Shown here: piece after piece, positions 1-13,249 of the stretch
Numbering within the stretch: position 1 is the first letter of the stretch
How the letters are laid out: every line of letters begins with the position of its first letter
Assembly: GCF_037042905.1 (NCBI RefSeq)
Contig: NC_087252.1
Location: 20,834,001-20,898,000, forward strand
Source of the DNA: Lytechinus pictus
Lineage: Eukaryota
Direction: 5' to 3'
Length of the DNA stretch: 64,000 bases
Position numbers and translations under genes: made by a program
Notes under the pieces: model-generated
Database searches by the model: none
Told to the model about the DNA's origin: nothing
The model's input: the letters and a program-made list of their open reading frames with translations, nothing else

Positions 1-1086
1 CTACCAATCTATGACATTATCAATCGGCATGATTTGATGTATCACATATACGCTGACGACATTCAGCTGTATTTACCATGCTTACCTAATCAAACTGATG
101 TGGACAACGTACTTGCTAGATTTGAGTCATGTGTAGCAGAGATCTCCAAATGGATGGGGCAGAACTACTTGAAAATCAACCAGGCGAAGTCTGAATTCAT
201 TTTCTTTGGCTCTTCCCAACAGATCAAAAAGGTCATCATTCCTAACCTAAAAATTGGTGATGTACATGTTGAGCCTGTTTCTAAAGTTCGCTCGCTAGGT
301 TTGACACTTGATAGTACTATGTCTATGGAACCACAAATCTCTAGCTGCATCAGATCATCATTTTATCACATTAGGCAGATTCGTCGGATCCGGGATTACC
401 TGAATCCCCATGCAACGAAGCAGGCAGTTCATGCTCTTATCACATCACGTTTGGATATGTACAACAGTACTTTGGTTGGACTGCCTGATACTCAAATAAA
501 ACGACTACAGAAGGTCCAGAATTCTGCCGCACGACTTGTAAAGCGTTCAAAGTTGTCGGATCATATCACCCCAGTTCTCAAGGAATTACATTGGCTGCCT
601 GTTAGGCAAAGACTTGCATATAAAGTTCTTTCCTTGGTCTTTAAACTGAAAACCAACCAGACACCAGTGTACCTATCAGATCTTCTGGAGTTGAAGAGAT
701 CGTGTAGACCCGGTCTTCGTTCAGGGAATGTTCACCAGCTCCAACAAGTTAGAGTGAAAAGGTCCTGGGGTGACAGATCTTTTTCCGTTGCTGGTCCCCG
801 TTTGTGGAATTCAATCCCATCGGACATTAAGTCGTGCCAGTCAAGAGAGCTATTCCACTGCAAATTGAAGACTTACCTCATGAGGGAAGCATTTCCTTAA
901 CTGTTGTGTGATAAGGCCATTTTTTATTTTTTGACTACCAACTTAACTGATTGTGTATTTTTTCTTCTCAGTTTGTTCTTTTTATGTATTTATTGATTTC
1001 TGTTTTATATAAGTAGTTAATTGTGCGCCTTGAGTGTCATCGACAGATATGTGCGCTATACAAATCTTTAATTATTATTATTATTA
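1..1086 (+). mobile_element. 3' end of a non-LTR retrotransposon (L2/CR1-group LINE): C-terminal reverse transcriptase ORF, 3'UTR and (ATT)n tail
   Basis: The ORF is open to the stop at 900. It has the RT motif YADDIQLY and the typical L2/CR1 C-terminal motifs (LQKVQNSAARLV, HITPVLKELHWLPV, GDRSFSVAGPRLWNSIP, LKTYL). It ends in an (ATT)n tail at ~1071-1086 and probably sits in an early RBBP5 intron. Confidence 0.93.
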
Positions 1087-1660
1087 TATTACATGTACAT
1101 ACCCAAACACACATAGGATCTAAGTCCACACATACGTACACAAACTCAAATTATGTTCCTGGAAATTGAATAATCATATTAAAACATAAACAAATATTTC
1201 TCCCGGGGTTTAACTTTTTACATGCCATTGTATCTCATTACAATATGATTTTTGTTTTTAAGTGTGAATAAAGCTCAATATTCTACTGTATGTAAGGAGT
1301 ATTTTATTGTATTTTTTCCAGCATTTCATGATAACAGACATAGATAACACCCAAACACAAACATAGACACACAAACAAACAAACACACACACACACCCTC
1401 ACTCACACAAATGGTACACACCAGAGCAACCATACTCACCACCTTTGTTTTTATGTTCAAAATTTGACAATCCCTATAGAAAAGTGAATGGAAAATTATA
1501 TTTCCCGGTATTTCCCGGTGAAAAGTGGTAAATACCGGAAAAAAAGCGGTAAATACCGCTTATTTCCCGGCGCCCGGGAAATATGCCAACCCTGGTTCCA
1601 GTAGGCAATGGGTTAATCTTTCTGTAACTGATCTAGCCCTGGATTGTGTGTTTCCCCTAG

Positions 1661-4600
1661 GAAAGCGATGGCTCGTTGGACTGTATCAGCATGGCTCTGA
1701 CGTGTGCCTTCAATAAACGAGGCACGCTGCTAGCCGTAGGGTGCAACGATGGACGTGTCGTCATCTGGGACTTCCTGACGAGAGGGATCGCCAAGATCAT
1801 CAGCGCCCATGTCCACCCAGTCTGCTCTCTGAGGTAGGTCCTGGCGTGGCCTAATCTTAAAAACAATTGAGATCATTATGATCAATCTTAACTATGGAAA
1901 GCCAGCAATGCCAACACCTGCAATGCATGTATCAGTTAAAAGTGTTTCCAAATATTAAAGATGTAGACTGGTACATGCATCTTCATCTTGATAAATCAGT
2001 GTTCTCCCTCTTTGTTTCCAAAGGGATTTTTGATACATTTTCTTTGCAAAGAATTATGACATAAATGGATTTCCATAGTTTAGATTGATGGAATCATACA
2101 CAACTCTTGGTAAAGAAAGGGCTCTGAATTCGTTGAATCCTAAGAAAAATTACTTGATCAATAAACAAAGTTCTCCTCTTAACTCAAACAGTATGTAGTT
2201 CTCTGGCACTTGTCTTCCGCTATGCTTGGGAAAGGGTCTTCTGGGCCTTGTAACTCAAAGCATAACAATTGATGGTTGGGAAGATTTCTGTGATCGATTG
2301 CATTGATTATTGTGTCTGATGAATCGTAAAAATCAGCCCCAAGATCAATCGCTCCTATAAAGTGATCATTTCACTTTGTTCTGATTTAAAAAATTCTCCT
2401 TTTTGTTCCTGAAAATGGGCTAAACATTAGGCTTATAGTGTAAAAATACCATCCCAAAAGTTTCAAAGTATTATATTTACAGGATCAATTTTAAAACCTT
2501 GGAGATGTAAACCAAAGTTTGAAAATAATTGGGGGTTGGTTTCAATGACTATGTGTATACAGGGAATCTGTGCACCACAACACATTATTTCTAGATGAAC
2601 ACAGCATGACCTACATACAGTGTGTACAAGGTATACACTGAATGTACAGTGCAGCTAATAGCGTGTGTATAGGAGATATACACAACAGAAGGCAGTCAAA
2701 ATAGCCAACAGACTTTTTGAATTGGAGAAAACTGGTCATAAGCTGAACCCGTCTACTAGACGGTTCTCAAAATCAGGCTAATAAATTGCTACTTGTATCT
2801 AAATTAGAGTTTTTCATCCTATATTGTGGTCTGTTTCAGGGTTTTTTAGGACAAATACAGACACTCATACGCACGTTTCAACTCGGTTTTATAATTTTTT
2901 TAATCAGCTGCTCACAAAGTTAAACGATCCCTTTAATAGTTATAAGTCATGTGTAAACAGATTAATGTTAAAATTATTTTGAAGGTAAAAATTTTGTTTT
3001 TGGTAATGATTAGATTATAACTTCTATGTACATGTAGATAAAAATGATGAGTTAAAAGAATAAATAAAAAAAACATAATGAAATCAGTCTGCAATCAAAT
3101 ATGTTTCCTTGCACAGCTGGAGTCGCAACGGTCACAAGTTACTGAGTGCCTCAACAGACAACATGGTTTCAGTTTGGGATGTATCGACAGGCGACTGCGA
3201 GCAGAGACATCGCTTTCCGTCGCCGGTCTTACGAGTTCAGTTCCACCCAAGAGACAGGTGAGATATTTGCCCTGTTGCATAAAAGTTACTATTATAGTAA
3301 CTTTGCCATCCAATGGTAACTACCATGGTAACAATGCTAAACAGCCAATCAGAATCAAGGATTTCAGGGAAGTTACCATTTGATGACAATGTTCTATAAT
3401 AGGAATTTTGTGCATCGGGGCCATGATCATTGTTTGAGTCATGGATGTAATGATTTCATTGGTTTGCTGAATTTCTTATGTTGTGGCAAGTAAACTTTTG
3501 TTGATGATGTCTTCTGCATGTTTCTCTCTTGTTAGAAGTTGATATAAAAGAAGCTCAAACAAGACATGTTGCAGCATATTACTTGCAAAAGGCTTTTAAT
3601 AGAATCAAACAATCCCTAAAGGTGACAAAATATTAGAGAAAAAAAAACAGTGTGCTGGCTGTCAGGTTGTGATCAAACTAGTACTGGTCAGCTAATTAAT
3701 TTGATTAAAACCTATATTTGTATGAAATTTATCATTTTCCAATGAACTGTACATATCTTTTTACAATGAACAATGTTAAAGCACTGATTATTATCAAACT
3801 GATTTTATATTTGAAATTTAGAATAGTTCAGAGTATACTCCAATTTTACCTTGGCCTGAATTTCACAATTCCTGTACTTGATAAAGATATTAAAATTGAC
3901 TTACTAAGATCGTAACTCTAAACTTCCTCTTATTTTCATTTCAGAAATAAGGCTTTGGTTTGTCCACTGAAATATGCACCAGTGCTCTTAGATCTTGATG
4001 GGTCATACAATGTGGTTCCATTAGATGAAGATGTAAGTATGTAAGAATGTCTTCCTCCTCCTTCTCCTCCTCTTCTTCCTTTGTCTTTTCCTCTTCCACT
4101 TTCACATCCTCCTCTTCCTCCTCTCCCTCATTTTCCACCTTTTCCCCTTCTCCTTCTCCTCTTATTTGTTCTCTTCTTTTTCTCCTTAGTATAACTTATT
4201 ATCGATTCGTTCTTTTTTTTTTAATAATTGAAAAATATATGTTGTGTGGAAATTTATAAAGCAATATAAGAATTCTCATAATTTTGGCCTTTCTTTGTTA
4301 GATTTATGTCCATTTAATTAATGTTTGAATTGATAAAAACAATCAGCAAGATGTATTTTTATTTTCCAATGTATTTACCAAGTTTGTTTGGTTGATATTG
4401 TCTCAATTTCCCTTACAGAAAAGCTCTTAAGTGTCTAGATGATGAAGATTTATTTTCTCTTATTCTTTGCAGTTTGACACTACTATAGTTGCATCATTCG
4501 ACAGAAAAGGAGACCATGTCTACGCAGGCAATGCCAAAGGAAAAGTAAATATTTCAAAATTTCTACTTAACCATATTTCCCTTCTTACAATGATATTACA

Positions 4601-7600
4601 TGTAGGTATTTCTTTACATTGGTATAATTTCTTTTGTATTGTGCTAAGTTAAAATGTTTAAGAAATTTCATAAGATGGATTGTTGTAAATATATTTCTTT
4701 ACATCAAATGTTTGTAATGTTAGTAAATCAATACATTTTTTGACAAAATTCTACAGTATTTATAGTAAATATCATGCCAGCTACAGAAATTCTGCCAACT
4801 ATTAAGTATTTTGTCTTGTTTTAGCACATCAAAATGCTTGGCATATAATTTTTCAAGGGTTGAATCTTTGTGAAAATTTGAATTTTGAATAAAGAGGTAT
4901 TTAACAGCCTCTTTTTAATGTTTTTACTATGGCAATTGCGTGCAGACTAGTTTAAATTCATGTACAACTATTCTCTTGCTCAATTCTCTTTAATACTTTT
5001 GTTTTAGGTCATAGTGATTCACGCAGGAACTCGTAAGCTTGTTGCTTCGTTCAAAGTAACCACAGGAACAAGCAATACCACAGCAATCAAGTCGATTGAG
5101 TTTGCTCGAAGGGGAAAGTAAGTTGGAAAAGAACCAATTAGTCCAAAAGTTTAATATATTTTCTTTTGACATTATTAAAGGTCAAGTCCACCCCAGGAAA
5201 ATGCTGACTTGAATAGATAGAGAAAAATCACACTAGCATAGTGCTGAATATTTCATCAATATTGAATGTAAAATAAGAAAGTTATGACTTTTTAACCCTA
5301 ATTCTCCCGGGGGGGGGGGCCATAATGGCCCCCCCCTCGACAATTTTCGCGATATATCTGCTGCGCAAAATTTTTTGACCTCGCCGCTCACTGACTTTTT
5401 ACTTTCAAGTCTCGCGCAAATTTTGAGACCAAATTTGTGACGCCCGGGTACGCGGTTACGACATTACGCAACATTATGTAAGTGCATGTCAGACCCAAAA
5501 TTGCTCATAAATGTGATTTCATGTACAAATCCAATGCAAATTGTGTATTTGGCCAAAATTCATAAATGTATCATTATTTCTACTTTTACTGATTAAACTT
5601 AATTAATTTTGCCTTGTTTATGATCAGAATTAAGTCTGGAACGATTTCCATCGAAAAAACAATAAAAAAAACAAAAAGTAAAAAAACAAAGAAATACATA
5701 AACAATAAAATACATAAGATATCTTGGTACCAGAATTTGGTACCAGAATTTTTTTCATTCACAATTGTTAGGAATGCTATAAAAAATATTTTCGCCCCAA
5801 AAATAGCATTCTAGGAGCTTTATTTAGTGAATCAGAGCAAAAAGTATGATTTCATGAATGAATTAGCATAATTAATTCATATAAAATAAAAATATATGAA
5901 TTAAGTGAAATTTACCAATGCAACGGCGTAGATTACGTCATTCTCTACCATCATGCAAATTTTCGTTGTGATCGCGCAATCCACGGCTGAGATCTTAAGG
6001 GGGGGCCATAATGGCCCCCCCCCCCCCTCCCCGGGAATGACAAGAATCAAAATACCCCGGGAGATTGAGGGTTAAAGTTTCGCTTATTTTTCACAAAACA
6101 GTGATATGCACAACTAGGTGAGTCAGTCGATGATGTCCATCACTCACTATTTCTTTTGTTTTTTATTGTTTGAATAATACAATATTTCATTTTTTATAGA
6201 TTTGACAATAAGGAACAACTTGACAGAACCATATAGTATTAAACAATGCCAATTCCACATGTTCAGGGAGGAATTAATCCTTGTATCACTTGACAATGAG
6301 GAGAAAATTATAATATTTCATATAATAAAATACAAAATAAATAGTGAGTGGATGGCGTCATAGTTTCCTCGTTTGCATACCAGTCAGGATGTGCTTATAA
6401 ATGTTTTGTGGAATGTAACGAAACTGTAAAATGTCATAACTTTCTTATTTTACATCCGATTTTGATGGAATTTTCAGTGTTATGCTTGTTGGATAATTTC
6501 TTGTTTTATTCAAATCAACTTTTTGTTGGGGTGGACTTGTCCTTTAAAAGGAGTAAAATTTCAGTTTTAAAATCATATTCAAGTCACTGTGACTCTTTGT
6601 TTTAAAGTGATATTTTGTTTGCCTTGTTGATGAAGAATTATGTCATCCAAAGCTTTCCATAGTAAAGATGCAGTCAATAATGATGATAGGTATATGGCAA
6701 GCCAGTTGACTTCTTGGGGTATATATATATATATATTAGCTAAAATTGATTGAAAACTTGTATTATCTTTTGTAGTCTTAACAAACAATTTTAGAGTGAT
6801 ATTTTCCAAATTTTCGATGATATCATAGTGATAATTCAATAATTCACATTGATGACTGATATCTATACTCTTTTATTCATATCCCCAGTTGTTTCTTAGT
6901 GAACTCAGCCGACAGAATCATCCGTGTATACGAGAGCGGTGAAGTCCTGGCCTGCGGAAAGAACGGAGAGCCGGAACCAATTCAGAAGCTCCAGGATCTG
7001 GTCAACAGGACGCCATGGAAAAAATGCTGCTTCTCAGGAGATGGAGAGTATATTGTTGGAGGTAAAACCTGGAGCCTTTCACACAATCCTTCCTGATTGA
7101 TCGCACAGGTTATTTGTGCGATCGATTGCCCTTTAATGGTCAATGCAATCAAGCTTTAAAAAATCAGCCTACGATAATAATAATATAATAATGATAGTTA
7201 CATTTATATAGCGCTTCATACGTTGGTTTCTAAGCACTTTACATTGTAATTATTATTACCCCGGTCATAGGATCCATCACTGCTCCACACATAAAGTGCA
7301 CCATCTCCACTCCCTGGGGAGTATCCTGGCCAGGCAACCGTTTATTGGTGCACACATGCCAATCTAATCACATTGACTTTCACATCCTACTGGGCACCCA
7401 TATAACACCTGGGTGGAGAGTGACAAACATGGATAAGTGCCTTGCCAAACGATATTCTCGCGGGGTGGATTTCGAACCCTCGACCCTTGGATTAATATTA
7501 AGAGTCAAGTGACTTAACCACTACACCAAATACAAGCTTTCTGCGTCAGATTTATCCTTCAGTTCATTTATTCTTTAACTTGCTCTTAGTACGTGCTGTC

Positions 7601-10600
7601 TACATTAATTTAGGAAAAGTTGTATACTCGTAAGGAAAATAAGACTTCTCATGTTTACAAAGATTGATGCCGCTTGTATTATGAAATGATTGAATTAACA
7701 ACTGCTGTTTCTCTTTCTCTCTCTGTCTCTCTCTCTTCCCCCTCCCCCCCACACACACACTCTAGGTTCTGCGAGGCAGCATGCCCTTTATCTTTGGGAG
7801 AAGAAATTTGGTTCCCTCGTCAAAATCCTCCATGGTACGAGAGGAGAGCTCTTATTGGACGTCGTCTGGCATCCCGTTCGACCAATCATAGCTTCCGTAT
7901 CAAGTGGAGTGGTCTCGGTGTGGGCACAGAACCAAGTGGTATGTTTTCTAATGGCTATATTAATTTCAGAGATGCCAACTAGTGCAATTTCTAGTAATTT
8001 CTACAGGAAATTGATTGATTACAGACAGTGCACTTTCCATTGAATAAATCCTCAGTATTGACTCTTGCCAATTATCAAATTTATGCATGTAATTCAAATT
8101 GTTTAGCACTTGTTTATCGCTGTTTTTAATACACTTGCCCTTTTGACTATTGCAACATGCACTCAATGATTGGTTATCTAGCACAACCCGCTAACAGTGA
8201 ATGTAAGTGTCATGCTGCCTAGCATAAAAGAAAAAAATTGTGCTTACACAGGACCATGCATAGTTGAAAAGTAAAGTTATTCCCGGGTCATTCACTAAAT
8301 CTCAAAGATGATTTGTTGAAAGTTTGAAATATTTTTCATTTTTTTTACCCATTTTTCTTTGTCATCCTGATGTAGGAAAACTGGAGTGCCTATGCCCCAG
8401 ATTTCAAGGAGCTTGATGAGAATGTAGAATATGAAGAAAGAGAGAGTGAGTTCGACATCGAGGATGAAGACAAATCAGTTGAAGATCCTACAGGTGAGAA
8501 AAAACATCTCCTTTTAATCTGCAAATTGGCAATGATCATTTTCTATAAATTTTCATACTTTGAAAAATTTTGAATGTGAGGAGAGGCAGTTTAGCAACGA
8601 GGATGTAGACAAATCAGTTGAAGATCCTACAGGTGAGAAAAAAATCTCCATTTCATCCTCAAATTGGCAACACTTGATTATTTTCATACTTTGAAAAAAA
8701 ATGAATGTCGGGAGAGGCAGTTGAACATCCAGTTGAAGATCATTCAGGTGAGATGATCTACTGTCCTCTGTTGCACAATTATTCTAAGCACAGCTTTCAT
8801 ACAGTCAAGATTAATCTGCATTTGGTCTTCAAATTGGCAACAATCAGTAATTTTCTATCATTTTACATACTTTGAAAAACAGTATCAGTCAAAATATACA
8901 TCTATGACAAGGAGATATTAATGAAAAGTTGCCAATTTGTATTTTGATACAGTGATTTTGTTCTTTTCATCGCATTGCCAAATCTAAAGGATAGGTTGAG
9001 GTAGTGTTTCCTGAAGGAGAAATGCCTTCAAAACTTTCTTATTTTAAATTTTGATTCAATGACATCTTAATAGTGTTATATTTATTTGTTTTGTTTTTTA
9101 TCCTTATGCTTTTGTGTTCTTAGCCATTAAATAGCAACTACTAATAATTTTAAATCATGAAATGATCTTAATTATCCAATCTTTATGAATTGAATTTACT
9201 TGAAATGTCGTATTTCCTGAAATTTAGTGTGAATTATATAAAATTTTGAACTCCATCCAAACCATGAAAACATATAAATTTAATTACATCAGTTAAATAA
9301 TTTCAATTAGAATGAATAAACTGAATCAAATTTTTTAACAAGTTTAGATTCAATTGTAAATATCTACTTATATAATTTTAAATATCTTTATCAACAATTT
9401 GTAGTACCCCATTTCATGTTATTAATGCTTTTGTATTTCTGTTTCCATTTTATGTTTTTGATCCACTTTTTTCTCTCGATGAGTGAATGAAAAGGTATAG
9501 ATATTGAATTGAATCATGGTTTTTTTTTCCAACAGAAACAAACAATGTTGAAGATGAAGAAGTGGATGTGTTAACGGTAGAACCCATCTCAGCATTTATC
9601 AGCAGGTGAGTTTGGCCCCTCTTTCACATTGCTTGATATCGGTTGCATGTTCTCTTGAGACTGTTACAAGCTACTGAAATGATGCAGTTTCATTGGTCAA
9701 GGGTGAATTTGTGTTGAAATCTAAAAGATTTGTGATAATGGATTGTGGTAAAGGATTTGTGGTACAAGTAACCGTGATAAGCTAAAGAGTGATAAGGTCT
9801 GTCATGTTAGCCCTTTGCATGCTTATGTTACAAGTTTGCACCTTCGTACAATTAAATTCAACAATCGTAATAATTCGTTTTCTCCCCTAACTTCATACTA
9901 GAGAAGCTAATAAATGGCAAAAGTTCTTGGATAACATCTATATAACAAGCATCAGTATCATCGGTTCAAAATGGAAATCTTGATTCAAAGAAAATAACAT
10001 GGAAACAATTATTATTATTCCCCAAAAGTTAATTCAGCGTGCAAAGAGTTAAAATAATCTGTGTTCTTGCATAGTTTTTAGGTTTTAATAACAAAAATAC
10101 GATAAAAAATGAAAGTATTTGCGAAAATTGGGTTAATTAAGAAAATTTAACCAGAGAAGGGATATGCCCAAGAAGACAGGGGAAAATGGAAGAGCTAAAA
10201 AAGATAAATATCATTAATAAGAAAGGTACATGTAGCAGTAAAACAAAACATATAATTGTCTTATGAGTTTACAAGCAACATAAGCACACGAGTTCATTTT
10301 ACAATCTATTCACACTCGGGTAGTTCAAACTATTGCACAAAGCCTGTTGAACATAGCCTTAATGACAGCGGGTACATTGTAAATTTGATAAATGAAGACA
10401 CGCATCATTTTTTTAACTCTTCTTGATACTGTTATTTGACAAATGAAAGACATAAATAGATTGAAGAAGAATTATAACTCCATGTCCCAAAACTCCTTTT
10501 TTTCAATGAATTAAAAGTACTTTGTAGGCATACCCAAAGGCAGGGTGCTACATAACTTTTTAGAAGCACTTTCCTATTCGGACAAGTGAATTTTCAAAAA

Positions 10601-13249
10601 GTTGGAATATACTTGCCCAAAAATCTATTTTAGTTGCCCGAAAAAAATCCTTGAAAAAAAAAGTTTAACCTCTTCAAAAGAAAGCTTTGCGGTTTTATAA
10701 ACCGTTGGCCTTTTTCTCTCTTTTGACATGAACTGATCTACCTGCCATGACCCAAAATAGGGTCAATATCATATCATATCGACCCTAATGTGGTCATTCT
10801 ACTGTGAGAATTTTGCTTGCCCGATTCGGGCAAGTAGTTTTGGTCTTTACTTCAAAACACTTGCCTGACTCTAACTTTTACTTGCCCCAAGCAATCGGTC
10901 AAGTGCTTATTTAGCACCCTGCCCAAAGGATTATTTTTCATATAAGTATGAAAACAGCCGTTTGCTTCCTATGTGAGACACGTTGATTCATGGTTTTATA
11001 TCCATTTATATTCATATGGAATCATGGACATAAAGTGGTCGTAAAGGAGTACCGGCAGAAAGTAATTCCTCAAAGAGCTTTGAGCACCGGAATCGGTAGA
11101 CTAGCTTAGCCGGGGTAATATAGGAGCGCCATGAACACCTAACAAGGTGGATATGTGCGCTATACAAAGCCTATATTATTTATTTATTGTTATAAACTTT
11201 GAACTTTGACCTTTTCCAGTGATGAGGAGGAGGAGCCTAAGAACGTTCTTCTCTACCTTCCTACCGCTCCTGATGTAGAAGATACAGAGGACCAATCATG
11301 GGCGCCTAATGCTGACCCGGTAAGTTTATCATCATCATCCTTTCACTCAGTTGCGTACGGATGGTGAGGCGTGGGGGGGCGCTTGCCCCGCAAAATTTTT
11401 ACAACCAAGGAAAAACAAAGAGAACGGGAAACAGAGAAGTGTGAAAAATATAGTATTTTCTGAATATGTCAAAATCTATCACAAAATTTAATTTTGTAAT
11501 AAAAGTGTCAAAATTTCGCTCGCTCCCTCGCAACTGTTTATAAATTTTGCCTGATAGGCCACATCTGACCCCCTCAAAATTTTGGGCTCATTACGCCATT
11601 GGTATCACTTGAATGAAGGAGATACTATTGGCTATTAAAATATAGTCAATACTTTATGGCTTTTGATCAATCTTGCGCCCTTAACCAAAAAATCTCATAC
11701 ATCATAAGTTTTAATCTGAACTGGGGGCGTGAATATTTTAGTTGGGTGGAATATTGTGAATATCAAGACACCCATACAAAGTGAGCGATTCTTTGAGAAG
11801 ATGTGGATCCCCTTTCATAAAGACATGTCACAAATGCACAAGTGTAAAAAGTTTACTGTCGGCCAATCAAATCGTACGATTTCAGTAGCTTAAAACTGTT
11901 ATTGCAAATTTGTTATTGTAACAAGTTTTATGAAAATGGTCCCAATTCTCAGTCGCCCATATTCATAAAAGAGGTTTCAATTCTACCATGATACAAAACC
12001 ATGGACTATGCAGATCTGTGTACACAATTAAGCTTATTTCATTGTCTACAAAAGTCCAATTATAAATGCACGCATTTTGAAAAGGGCCTGACTTGAAGCG
12101 CAATTGTTGGCGAGATCTGCAAAAACCATGGTACAATTGAGCCTCTTTTGAGAATACAGGCCTATAAATTACATTATGATGATGATGATTATTATTATCA
12201 TTATTTTGAAATCCTTTTTAGACGGATGAGCCGCCCCCGACGGAGGCCCCTAAGCGATCAATATCGCAGGATCCACCGATGGCTTCACCCAAGAAGAAGA
12301 AAGTCAAATCGCATGAAATCAACCTCAAGGGGGCGCCATCAGACGGTAAGTGAACAAAAATCTATCTTTTTTGGACGTCATAGCAGCCATAGCTGGCCTT
12401 GGATGCAGGCAAAATTTTGTGGTTTTTTTTCGAGGGCTACTTTTCACAACTTACTGCCTAAATCTGCAACATTCGATAAGCCAGGGCTCCACACTAACCC
12501 TTTTTTGACATTTAAAAGATGTGTAGATTTGTACAGTGCACACAAAGTCATTTGCGAAAAGTTGCTCTCAAGCTAATTACAAATGGGCTTATTGCTGTTG
12601 ATTACATGTACAGGTAACTCTGCCTAAGTAGAATTATAGGGGGATTGCAAAAATCTGTTTGACTGGAGAGAAGTTTGACTTAGAAGAGTTATATAACACA
12701 TGTCTTGGATAATCTGGGCCCCGTCTTACATAGAGCTGCGATTGATCCGATTAATCACAGCTATGGACGGCCAGCAATGTCAACATCTATTATGCATGTT
12801 TGTTCACCTATGATGTAAATTCATGCATTAATTGTTTCGTGAAAATTCACTGTGCTTCTCTTTGTTTACAAAGGACATTGTGCAAATTTTCTGTAGAAAA
12901 AATTATGACATTGATGGATTTCCAGAGAGTTACTATTGATTGGAACAATCGTACGTCTTTTTAAGACGGGGCCCTGATCTAAAAAAATTGCTTGGACTTC
13001 TGGAAGGTCGACTTAGGCAGTGTTACCTGTATATATGTTTGTGTTATGGGGCCGAGAACACACACTTGTGTTATCCCAAAGTTTTCAAACAATTTTCCTC
13101 CTTTTTTTGTTACAGATATCCATCCTCTACTTGGAGGAAATAGGAGCGAAGGCAAGACACGCAAGAAGGCTGCAGGTCAGGGCAAGTCAACGAAAGAAGG
13201 TCGTAGCACCAAACATAGGAGATCAAGACACAGAGATGATTCCGATTAG
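1661..13249 (+). CDS. RBBP5: Retinoblastoma-binding protein 5 (WD40 subunit of COMPASS/MLL H3K4 methyltransferase complexes), 5'-partial
   Basis: Exons: 1661-1833, 3117-3257, 3945-4032, 4473-4544, 5008-5117, 6889-7061, 7766-7938, 8376-8493, 9536-9605, 11220-11319, 12222-12345, 13116-13249. All are GT-AG and phase-consistent, giving 491 aa plus stop. Recognised peptides include GTLLAVGCNDGRVVIWDFLTRGIAKIISAH, KLQDLVNRTPWKKCCFSGDGEY, ENWSAYAPDFKELDENVEYEERESEFDIEDE and DIHPLLG. The N-terminal ~15 aa are not in the window. Confidence 0.96.
2361..2932. mobile_element. Degenerate non-autonomous DNA transposon (Kolobok-like MITE)
   Basis: Imperfect terminal inverted repeats agtgatcatttcactttg / caaagttaaacgatccct, flanked by ATAA and TTAA. 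Confidence 0.55.
4049..4190. repeat. Polypyrimidine (TCC/TCT)n low-complexity tract
   Basis: Directly visible in an RBBP5 intron; it produces spurious poly-Ser and poly-Glu ORFs. Confidence 0.85.
5179..6543. mobile_element. Kolobok-like MITE, family A copy 1, interrupted by a nested piggyBac-type MITE
   Basis: TTAA target-site duplication at 5175-5178 and 6544-6547; TIRs aggtcaagtccacccc / ggggtggacttgtcct. Uninterrupted copies lie at 23699-24305 and 59074-59665. Confidence 0.85.
5296..6071. mobile_element. piggyBac-type MITE nested in the family A element
   Basis: TTAA TSD at 5292-5295 and 6072-6075, CCC...GGG termini, TIRs ccctaattctcccgggg / ccccgggagattgaggg. Removing it restores the gttatgac-ttttaaagtttcgctta sequence of the other family A copies. 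Confidence 0.85.
7174..7528 (-). mobile_element. tRNA-derived SINE
   Basis: On the minus strand: A box TGGTGTAGTGG (7518-7528), B box GGTTCGAAATCC (7467-7478) and a (TTA)n-type tail at ~7174-7195. Confidence 0.75.
8440..8880 (+). repeat. Tandem duplication of an RBBP5 exon 3' end plus 5' splice site
   Basis: The motif agttgaagatcctacag|gtgaga recurs with donors at 8494, 8633 and (more diverged) 8748, each followed by similar intron sequence (caaattggcaa...catactttgaaaa). Confidence 0.85.
10541..10921. mobile_element. hAT-type MITE
   Basis: TIRs cagggtgcta / tagcaccctg and a perfect 8-bp TSD cccaaagg (10533-10540, 10922-10929). Confidence 0.88.
11060..11192 (+). mobile_element. SINE 3' fragment with a LINE-derived tail
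   Basis: It shares gatatgtgcgctatacaaa with the LINE 3' end (1046-1064) and ggtagactagct with the SINE at 14820-14990, and ends in an AT-rich tail. Confidence 0.6.
12611..13029. mobile_element. Tc1/mariner-type MITE (TA TSD) interrupted by a Harbinger-type MITE
   Basis: Ends are TA|caggtaactctgcctaagt and acttaggcagtgttacctg|TA. A related copy lies at 13467-13658. Confidence 0.7.
12717..12973. mobile_element. PIF/Harbinger-type MITE
   Basis: TIRs ggccccgtctta / taagacggggcc with a 3-bp CTG TSD. Same family at 15091-15358 and ~47071-47638, and degenerate at ~1860-2125. Confidence 0.8.

Noticed and set aside
3941..4259. Glu-rich and Ser-rich ORFs
   Set aside because: They derive from a polypyrimidine tract and the antisense of an RBBP5 exon.
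7440..7530. tRNA gene
   Set aside because: A and B boxes are present but no cloverleaf forms, and the sequence continues into a SINE body and tail.
8595..8632. Mini-exon from the duplicated RBBP5 exon end
   Set aside because: Using the nearest AG (8593-8594) puts it out of frame with an immediate TAG, and the acceptor lacks a polypyrimidine tract.
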